DNA of 28,059 nucleotides from Candidatus Bipolaricaulia bacterium (GTDB lineage: Bacteria > Bipolaricaulota > Bipolaricaulia > RBG-16-55-9): assembly GCA_042219045.1 (NCBI GenBank), contig JBDGQO010000076.1, forward strand, positions 1 to 28,059, read 5' to 3'. Positions 20,850 through 28,059 of the stretch are shown here, piece after piece. Numbering within the stretch: position 1 is the stretch's first letter; each line of letters starts with the position of its first letter. The notes below the pieces were generated by a model. The model was not told the origin of the DNA and searched no databases. It worked only from the letters and a program-made list of their open reading frames with translations. A program made the position numbers and the translations under genes.

Positions 20850-20991
20850 GGGGAATCATTACTTCAACCGCCGCTATCCCGTTCTGAGTCGAGCGTCGAC
20901 ACGTCCGTTCCGAGCGGTGACAGCCGACTCGGTCTGCGCCTCGTTCGCGACAGAGGCGCACCTCCCAGCAACGCAATGGAAAGGAACTGAC

Positions 20992-21171
20992 ATGTATTGC
21001 CCGAACTGTCATGCCATGATGGAGCCCAACGGCCGAGACGAGACCCGCACGGTGGAGAGCCAGCACTGTCCGCACTGCGATCACATGGTCGAGATCCGCG
21101 AGTCCAGCGGCGGGTTCCTCTTCCGCTACGACTGTGAAGAGCAGCCGGCGTCGCCGGCGGCGAGCCGATGA
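20992..21171 (+). CDS. Small zinc-ribbon protein (59 aa, CxxC...CxxC)
   Basis: GAAAGGA RBS, ATG 20992; MYCPNCHAMMEPNGRDETRTVESQHCPHCDHMVEIRESSGGFLFRYDCEEQPASPAASR; ATGA overlap with ilvB. Confidence 0.75.
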   Translation: MYCPNCHAMMEPNGRDETRTVESQHCPHCDHMVEIRESSGGFLFRYDCEEQPASPAASR

Positions 21172-22958
21172 CCTCCCTTCCCACGACCGGGGCCCCAACC
21201 CGACGAGCCCAGCCCCGCGCCCGTCGTCGCACGGGCGCGGGGGCCGTCATCGAGGGCCTGAAGGCCGAAGGAGCCGAGTTGGTCTTCGGCATGACCGGCG
21301 GCGCGATCATGCCCGTCTACGACGCGCTCTTCCAGGACGGCTCACTGCGCCACATCATCGTCGGCCACGAGCAGGGCGGCGCGCACATGGCCGAGGGCTA
21401 CGCCCGCGTGACGGGCAAGCCGGGCGTCGTGCTCACCACGAGCGGCCCCGGCGCGACCAACCTCGTCACGGGATTGGCCGACGCGTCGATGGACTCGACG
21501 CCCTTGATCGCGCTAACGGGGCAGGTCCCGACGTCGATGATCGGCAACGACGCCTTCCAAGAATCCGACGTGCGCGGCATCACAATGCCGGTCACCAAGC
21601 ACAACTACCTGCTCAAACGCGCCGACGAGGTCCCGCGCGCCATGGCCGAGGCGTTCCATCTGGCGCAGACGGGACGACCGGGGCCGGTGCTGATCGATCT
21701 GCCCAAGGACGTGACCAAAACCGACACCGACGCGGCCCATCCGGACCGTGTCGAGATGGCCGGCTACAAGCCCCCGTATGAGGGCCACCCCAAGCAGATC
21801 CGTCAGGCGCTCGACGTGCTCAAGAGCGCCGAACGGCCTGTCATCCTGGCCGGCGGCGGCGTGCTCCACGCCGAGGCCTCGGATGAGCTGCGCGAGTTCG
21901 CGGAGGATTTGCAAATTCCCGTGATCAGTACGCTGATGGGCCTCGGCAACTTTCCCATGGACTCGGATCTGTCATTGGGGATGCCGGGCATGCACGGCAT
22001 GGGCGCGGCCATCATGGCGATCTATCACAGCGACGTGCTGCTCTGTGTGGGCACCCGACTCGACGACCGCATCACGGGGAAACTGGACGAGTTTGCGCCC
22101 CATGCACGTCTGATCCACGTCGACATCGACGCCTCCGAGATCGGGAAGAACGTCCCGGCCGTGGTGCCGATCGTCGGCCATGCCAAGCCGGTGCTGCGCG
22201 AACTGTCATGCGGCGCGCGAGCCTGGGAATCCAAGCCCGATTGGGCACCTTGGCGGCGCCAACTGGGCGCGTGGAAACGGGAATATCCGCTCCATTATGA
22301 CGAGAAGTCGAACACGATCATGCCGCAGCAGGTCGTCGAGGCCGTGGACGACGCCCTGGATGACGACGCCATCGTATCCAGCGGGGTCGGCCAGCACCAG
22401 ATGTGGGCGGCGCAGTACTACACGTTCCGCAAGCCACGGACGTGGCTGACCAGCGGCGGCCTCGGCACGATGGGCTACGGCTTCCCCGCCGCCATCGGCG
22501 CCAAACTGGCCAAGCCGGACGTCCCCGTCGTCTGCATCGATGGCGATGGATCGTTCCTGATGACGATGCAGGAGCTCGTTACGGCCGTCCGGTATCGGGT
22601 GCCCGTCGTCCAGGTGATCGTCAACAACGTCTACCTCGGCATGGTGCGCCAGTGGCAGCAGCTCTTCTTCGATCGGCGCTATGCCGAAAGCGCGATGCAG
22701 CCGCCGCAGTACGACACGATTGCCCAGTCGTTCGGCGCGCTCGGCCGACGCGTGGAGCGTCCCGAGGATCTGGCATCGTCGGTCCAGTGGGCGGTTCGCG
22801 AGGCCGAGGCCCAGCAACTGCCCGTGGTGCTCGACGTGATCGTCGACGTCGAGGAGTGCGTCTATCCCATGGTGCCGGCCGGGCAGGCCAACGTCGACTT
22901 TCTCGCTGGCCCTGAAGGCATCCCGGACGGGCAGGCGCGACGGAGGGCCGTGGCATGA
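21168..22958 (+). CDS. ilvB: Acetolactate synthase large (catalytic) subunit
   Basis: HEQGGAHMAEGYAR, TSGPGATNLVTG, GVGQHQMWAAQ, TSGGLGTMGYG, TPP motif GDGSF...NN, GMVRQWQ. Confidence 0.97.
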   Translation: MTSLPTTGAPTRRAQPRARRRTGAGAVIEGLKAEGAELVFGMTGGAIMPVYDALFQDGSLRHIIVGHEQGGAHMAEGYARVTGKPGVVLTTSGPGATNLVTGLADASMDSTPLIALTGQVPTSMIGNDAFQESDVRGITMPVTKHNYLLKRADEVPRAMAEAFHLAQTGRPGPVLIDLPKDVTKTDTDAAHPDRVEMAGYKPPYEGHPKQIRQALDVLKSAERPVILAGGGVLHAEASDELREFAEDLQIPVISTLMGLGNFPMDSDLSLGMPGMHGMGAAIMAIYHSDVLLCVGTRLDDRITGKLDEFAPHARLIHVDIDASEIGKNVPAVVPIVGHAKPVLRELSCGARAWESKPDWAPWRRQLGAWKREYPLHYDEKSNTIMPQQVVEAVDDALDDDAIVSSGVGQHQMWAAQYYTFRKPRTWLTSGGLGTMGYGFPAAIGAKLAKPDVPVVCIDGDGSFLMTMQELVTAVRYRVPVVQVIVNNVYLGMVRQWQQLFFDRRYAESAMQPPQYDTIAQSFGALGRRVERPEDLASSVQWAVREAEAQQLPVVLDVIVDVEECVYPMVPAGQANVDFLAGPEGIPDGQARRRAVA

Positions 22959-23518
22959 GCAAGCACCTCCATTCGATCTCCGCGATCGTCGTCAACGAGA
23001 GCGGCGTGCTCGCCCGCATTGCCGGGATGTTCGCCCGCCGCGGCTTCAACATCGACAGTCTGGCCGTCGGCGCGACGGAGGATACGCGCTACGCGCGCAT
23101 GGCGATCGTCGTGCGCGGGGACGACCGCGTGCTGGAGCAGGTCGTCAAGCAGCTCGGGCGCTTAGTTGATGTCATCAAGGTGAGCGACATGGCCGACGAT
23201 CCCCATGTCGAGCGCGAGATGGCGCTCGTGCGAGTCCACACATCCGCGGAGCGACGGAGCGAGGTGATGGAGCTGGCCCACGTCTTCCGGGCTAAGATCG
23301 TCGACGTCGGCCAGCGGAGCCTCATGATCGAGGCGAGCGGCAAACACGAGAAGATCGAGGCGCTGATCGAGATGCTGCGACCCTACGGGGTCGTCGAGTT
23401 GGCCCGCACCGGACGGATTTTCTTGTCGCGCGAGCGAGCCGGCGGCCCGACGCCGACCGAGCTGCCCGCTTCCGAGAACGGACAGACCGAACCATCAACC
23501 GCTGAGGTGAGTTCATGA
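22955..23518 (+). CDS. ilvN: Acetolactate synthase small (regulatory) subunit
   Basis: ACT domain [41 protein letters not shown]. Confidence 0.96.
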   Translation: MSKHLHSISAIVVNESGVLARIAGMFARRGFNIDSLAVGATEDTRYARMAIVVRGDDRVLEQVVKQLGRLVDVIKVSDMADDPHVEREMALVRVHTSAERRSEVMELAHVFRAKIVDVGQRSLMIEASGKHEKIEALIEMLRPYGVVELARTGRIFLSRERAGGPTPTELPASENGQTEPSTAEVSS

Positions 23519-24510
23519 CCGCCAACGTCTACTACGAACAGGACGCCGATCTGACCGTCTTCCAGGGCCAACGGCTCGCCGTGCTCGGCTACGGCAGCCA
23601 GGGCCGCGCCCACGCGCTCAACCTCCACGACAGCGGCCTCGACGTCGTCGTCGGGATGCGCGAGGGCAGTTGCAGCGCCGACGAGGCGCTGGCCGATGGG
23701 CTCGAGGTGCAGACCATCGACGAGGCCGTCCGTTCCGCCGATCTCGTGGCGTTCCTGATGCCGGACCCCGTCCAGCCGACGGTCTACGCGTCCCACGTCG
23801 AGCCCAACCTGAAGGACGGGGCGACGCTGCTCTTCGCGCACGGGTTCAACGTCCACTACGGCCAGATCGCGCCCCCGCCGACGAGCGACGTGATCATGAT
23901 CGCGCCGAAGGGGCCGGGCAACCTCGTCCGAAAACTCTATCAGGACGGGCAGGGCGTGCCCTGTCTGTTGGCCGTCGAGCAGGACGCGTCCGGCGACGCT
24001 CACGCGAAGGGGCTGGCGTACGGCCACGCGCTCGGCGGCACCCGCGCCGGGATCATCGAGACCTCGTTCCGCGAGGAGACCGAGACGGACCTCTTCGGCG
24101 AGCAGACGGTGCTGTGCGGCGGCGTGACCGAGCTGGTCAAGGCCGGCTACGAGACGCTCGTCGACGCGGGCTACAGCCCGGAGATGGCCTACTTCGAGTG
24201 CATGAACGAGCTGAAGCTGATCGTCGACCTGCTCTATCAGGGCGGGCTGAGCCAGATGCATCGCTTTGTGAGCACGACGGCCGGCTACGGAAGCGTCACG
24301 CGCGGTCCCAGAGTCATCGACGAGCACGTGCGCGAGAACATGCGCGTCATTCTCGATGAAATCCAGGATGGGTCATTTGCGCGCGAGTGGGTGCTGGAGA
24401 ACCAGGCCAACCGGCCCGTCTTCGAGGCCAAGACCCGCGCCGACAAGGAACACCCCGTCGAAGCCGTCGGCGAGCGCCTGCGCGGCATGATGGTCTGGTT
24501 AAACGAGTAA
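23515..24510 (+). CDS. ilvC: Ketol-acid reductoisomerase
   Basis: [56 protein letters not shown]. Confidence 0.97.
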   Translation: MTANVYYEQDADLTVFQGQRLAVLGYGSQGRAHALNLHDSGLDVVVGMREGSCSADEALADGLEVQTIDEAVRSADLVAFLMPDPVQPTVYASHVEPNLKDGATLLFAHGFNVHYGQIAPPPTSDVIMIAPKGPGNLVRKLYQDGQGVPCLLAVEQDASGDAHAKGLAYGHALGGTRAGIIETSFREETETDLFGEQTVLCGGVTELVKAGYETLVDAGYSPEMAYFECMNELKLIVDLLYQGGLSQMHRFVSTTAGYGSVTRGPRVIDEHVRENMRVILDEIQDGSFAREWVLENQANRPVFEAKTRADKEHPVEAVGERLRGMMVWLNE

Positions 24511-24530
24511 TTTCCAATCGGGAGGAGAAA

Positions 24531-26120
24531 ATGGATTCTGAGATCGACGTCGAGGTCAATGGCCCCGTTCAGATGTTCGACACGACGCTGCGCGACGGCG
24601 AGCAGACGCCCGGCGTGGCGTTCGCCGTCGACGACAAAGTGGAGGTCGCCAAGCGGCTGGACGCGCTCGGCACCCACGTGATTGAGGCCGGCTTCCCGGT
24701 CAACTCGGACGAGGAGTTCGAGGCCGTGCGACGGATCGCCGAGACGGTCGACGCGACGGTCTGCGGCCTGGCCCGCGTCGTGCCGCACGACGTCGACGCG
24801 GCGGTGCGCGCTGGCGTCGGCATGGTCCACGTCTTCGCGTCCACGTCGGATATCCAGATCGAGAAGTCGATGCGCACGACCCGCCAGGGCGTGCTCGACA
24901 AGACCCGTGTGGCCGTCGAGCAGGTCAAGGAAGCGGGCAAGGTCTGCATGTTCAGCCCCATGGACGCCACGCGGACCGACACCGATTTCCTCCTGGACGC
25001 CATCGGCGTCGCTGATCGGGCCGGCGCCGATTGGATCAACCTCCCCGACACCGTCGGCGTCGGGACGCCATCGAGCATTCGAGCGTTCGTCGAGCGCGTG
25101 TACCAATCGACCGACTGCGCAATCAGCATCCACTGCCACAACGACTTCGGCCTGGCCGTCGCCAATTCGCTCGCGGCCGTGGAGGCCGGGGCGCGCATGG
25201 TCCAGGTCTCGCTCAACGGCATTGGGGAGCGGGCCGGCAACGCGAGCTATGAGGAGGTCGCGCTCGGGCTGCGCTGCCTCCACGAGATCGACCTCGGCAT
25301 CCGGACCGAGGGCCTCTACGACACGTCTAGGCTGATCGAGCGCCTGACGGCGATTCCGGTGACGCCCAATAAACCCGTCATCGGCGCCAACGCGTTCAGC
25401 CACGAAAGCGGCATCCACTCGGCCGGAGTCTTGGAAGACTCGTCGACGTTCGAGCCGGGCGTCATGACCCCCGAGATGGTCGGCCATCAGCGTCGTCTGG
25501 TCGTGGGCAAGCACGCCGGCAAGCGTGGGATTCAGGAGACGCTGCGCGAGGCCGGTCTCGCCCCCTCCGACGAGGAGCTGAACGAGATCGTGCGGCGGAT
25601 CAAGTCGCTCGGCGGCAAGGGCAAGCGCGTGCTCGACGCGGATCTGGTGGCCATTGCCGAGGGCGTGATGAGTTCAGCCGAAAGCGCCGATCGGGACCAA
25701 GGCCTGACGCTCGATCAGCTCGTGGTCACGACCGGCAACGCGCTCACGCCGACGGCCAGTGTCATCGCCCGTCGCCACGGCGAGGCGCGCACGGCGGCCG
25801 ATACGGGCGTCGGGCCGGTCGACGCGGCGTTCAAGGCCGTCCAGGCGATGATCGGCGACGACCTCGACCTCGAGATCACCGAGTTCCACTTGGACGCCAT
25901 CAGCGGCGGCAGCAACGCCGTCGCGCACGTGACACTGACGGTCGAGGACGAGTTCGGCCATCGGTCGAGCTCCGAGGGCGCCCACGAGGACATCGTCATC
26001 GCCAGCGCCGAGGCGCTGATCACCGCGATCAATTCACTGCTGCGCAAGCGGGCGCAGACGGAGACAACCGACATCCCATCCGAACCGACGGAGGCGACCG
26101 CCGATGCCCACGCTGTTTGA
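24531..26120 (+). CDS. leuA: 2-isopropylmalate synthase (archaeal-type LeuA/CimA family)
   Basis: ATG 24531 after [38 protein letters not shown]-terminal regulatory domain (GVGPVDA); lies between ilvC and leuC. Confidence 0.9.
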   Translation: MDSEIDVEVNGPVQMFDTTLRDGEQTPGVAFAVDDKVEVAKRLDALGTHVIEAGFPVNSDEEFEAVRRIAETVDATVCGLARVVPHDVDAAVRAGVGMVHVFASTSDIQIEKSMRTTRQGVLDKTRVAVEQVKEAGKVCMFSPMDATRTDTDFLLDAIGVADRAGADWINLPDTVGVGTPSSIRAFVERVYQSTDCAISIHCHNDFGLAVANSLAAVEAGARMVQVSLNGIGERAGNASYEEVALGLRCLHEIDLGIRTEGLYDTSRLIERLTAIPVTPNKPVIGANAFSHESGIHSAGVLEDSSTFEPGVMTPEMVGHQRRLVVGKHAGKRGIQETLREAGLAPSDEELNEIVRRIKSLGGKGKRVLDADLVAIAEGVMSSAESADRDQGLTLDQLVVTTGNALTPTASVIARRHGEARTAADTGVGPVDAAFKAVQAMIGDDLDLEITEFHLDAISGGSNAVAHVTLTVEDEFGHRSSSEGAHEDIVIASAEALITAINSLLRKRAQTETTDIPSEPTEATADAHAV

Positions 26121-27555
26121 TAAGATCTGGAACGCACACGTCGTGGCCGAGTCCCCCGAGCGGCCCACGTTGCTCTACATCGACCGGCACTTGGTCCACG
26201 AAGTGACCTCACCGCAGGCCTTTGAAGGGCTAAGGCTAGCAAGACGCTCGGTCCGTCGACCCGATCTCACATATGCGACGGCCGATCACAACGTCCCCAC
26301 GGACGAGGAGGGCCGGGCCCAGATCGCCGACCCGATTTCGGCCAAGCAGATCGACACGCTCCAGCAGAACTGCGAAGAGTTCGGGATCGAGCTCTACGGA
26401 CTAGACAGCGCCCATCAGGGCATCGTCCACGTGATCGGGCCCGAACTCGGGCTGACGCTGCCCGGGTTGACGATCGTCTGCGGCGACAGCCACACGTCGA
26501 CGCACGGGGCGTTCGGGGCGCTCGCGTTCGGCATCGGCACGAGCGAGATCGAACACGTCCTCGCCACGCAGACGTTGCCCCAAGTTAAGCCGAAGACTAT
26601 GGCCATTACTCTCAAGGGTCAACCGCCGCTCGGCGTGACGGCCAAGGATCTGATATTGAGCGTCATCGGCCGCATCGGCGTGAACGGCGGCACGGGGCAC
26701 GTGTTGGAGTACCGCGGCGAGGCGGTCGAAGGCCTGTCCATGGAAAGCCGCATGACGATCTGCAACATGTCGATCGAGTGCGGCGCCCGCGCCGGACTGA
26801 TCGCCCCCGATGAAGCGACGTTCCGCTTCCTCGAGGGTCGACCGTTCGCCCCGAGCGGCGATGATTGGGAGCGAGCGCTGGACGACTGGCAGACGCTGCC
26901 GAGCGATCCCGACGCCGAGTTCGACCACGAGGAGGTCTTCGATGCTTCGACGTTCGCGCCGCAGGTGAGCTGGGGGACGAATCCCGGCCAGGTCACTGAC
27001 GTCACGGGCATCGTGCCGGACCCGGCGTCGTTCCGCGACACGGCCACCCGCACCTCTGCCGAGCGGGCGCTGGCCTATCAAGATCTTCAACCGGGCACGC
27101 CCATTCAAGATATCCCGATTGACCGCGTCTTCATTGGCTCCTGCACGAACGCGCGTCTGGACGACCTGCGCACGGCCGCCGCCGTCGTGCAAGCGAGCGG
27201 ACGGGCCGTGTCGTCCGACGTGCGGGCGATGGTCGTGCCGGGGTCACAAACCGTCAAAGCCCAGGCCGAAGCCGAAGGCCTCCACGAGATTTTCCAACGG
27301 GCCGGCTTCGAGTGGCGCCACGCCGGCTGCAGCATGTGCCTCGGCATGAACCCCGATGTGTTGAATCCCGGCGAGCGCTGTGCGTCCACGAGCAACCGGA
27401 ACTTCGAGGGCCGCCAGGGCCGCGGCGGCCGGACCCATCTGGTCAGCCCGATCATGGCCGCGGCGGCCGCGGTCGAGGGGCGTTTCGTCGACGTGCGCGA
27501 GTGGCTGGGCCGAGGCCGACTGGCCGAGGAGGTGCTCGTCGATGGAGCCGTTTGA
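26104..27555 (+). CDS. leuC: 3-isopropylmalate dehydratase large subunit
   Basis: [55 protein letters not shown]. Confidence 0.98.
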   Translation: MPTLFDKIWNAHVVAESPERPTLLYIDRHLVHEVTSPQAFEGLRLARRSVRRPDLTYATADHNVPTDEEGRAQIADPISAKQIDTLQQNCEEFGIELYGLDSAHQGIVHVIGPELGLTLPGLTIVCGDSHTSTHGAFGALAFGIGTSEIEHVLATQTLPQVKPKTMAITLKGQPPLGVTAKDLILSVIGRIGVNGGTGHVLEYRGEAVEGLSMESRMTICNMSIECGARAGLIAPDEATFRFLEGRPFAPSGDDWERALDDWQTLPSDPDAEFDHEEVFDASTFAPQVSWGTNPGQVTDVTGIVPDPASFRDTATRTSAERALAYQDLQPGTPIQDIPIDRVFIGSCTNARLDDLRTAAAVVQASGRAVSSDVRAMVVPGSQTVKAQAEAEGLHEIFQRAGFEWRHAGCSMCLGMNPDVLNPGERCASTSNRNFEGRQGRGGRTHLVSPIMAAAAAVEGRFVDVREWLGRGRLAEEVLVDGAV

Positions 27556-28059
27556 GCCGTTCACCGGTCGCGTCGCGCCCTTGGACGTCGCCAACGTCGA
27601 CACCGATCAGATCATCCCCAAGCAGTTCCTGAAGCGGGTGGAGCGGACCGGCTTCGGCGACGTGCTGTTCCACGACTGGCGCACGCTCGACGACGGGAGC
27701 CCGAACCCCGATTTCGTGCTCAACGACCCGAACTATGCGGACCCCGAGATCCTGTTGGCGCGCGAGAACTTCGGCTGCGGCTCCAGCCGCGAGCACGCCG
27801 TCTGGGCGCTCCATGACGCCGGGTTTCGGGCCGTGATCGCCCCCTCGTTCGCCGACATCTTCCAAACCAACGCGTTCAAGAACGGGCTGCTGCCGATCGC
27901 GCTCGATGACGAGGCGGTTGACGCCCTGTTCCAGCGAGTTCATGCGGAACCGGGCTATGCGATCGCCGTCGATCTGGAGAACCAACGGTTGGAGGGCAGC
28001 GATGGACTCTCCATCTCGTTTGACGTCGATCCGTTCCGCCAGCGCTGTCTGTTGGAAGG
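27542..28059 (+). CDS. leuD: 3-isopropylmalate dehydratase small subunit (3' end runs off the window)
   Basis: Not in the ORF track; ATG 27542: [39 protein letters not shown]...[15 protein letters not shown]...[15 protein letters not shown]. Confidence 0.96.
   Translation, partial: MEPFEPFTGRVAPLDVANVDTDQIIPKQFLKRVERTGFGDVLFHDWRTLDDGSPNPDFVLNDPNYADPEILLARENFGCGSSREHAVWALHDAGFRAVIAPSFADIFQTNAFKNGLLPIALDDEAVDALFQRVHAEPGYAIAVDLENQRLEGSDGLSISFDVDPFRQRCLLE

Noticed and set aside
20992..21171. Calling the zinc-ribbon ORF lysW
   Set aside because: It lacks the essential C-terminal EDWGE and sits in the ilv operon; kept as unknown.

Overview
High-GC bacterial chromosome segment devoted almost entirely to amino-acid biosynthesis. 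A minus-strand run (thrC, apgM-like, MFS, HlyC/CorC, mutL) diverges from asd-aspartokinase-hom. Next come a SAM-I riboswitch with a second threonine-synthase-like gene and a MoaD/ThiS sulfur carrier, then ilvD, a solitary lysX/argX-family ATP-grasp ligase divergent from carAB, and ilvB-ilvN-ilvC-leuA-leuC-leuD. I found no mobile elements, CRISPR arrays, tRNA or rRNA. The most interesting signals are intergenic. (1) A 45-codon leader ORF, absent from the ORF track, ends in tandem CGA-CGA Arg codons upstream of the ArgX-like ligase. (2) A 49-codon leader with 5 Ile, 5 Leu and 5 Val codons lies upstream of the ilv-leu operon. (3) Both leaders share one layout (promoter, long leader peptide, 130-140 nt spacer with no U-tailed terminator, small ORF coupled by ATGA overlap to the first enzyme), which suggests a non-classical attenuation system. 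(4) The SAM-controlled ThrC-like plus sulfur-carrier pair points to homocysteine synthesis from O-phosphohomoserine. Acidic proteins and a haloarchaeal-like LeuA hint at a halophilic bacterium (inference).
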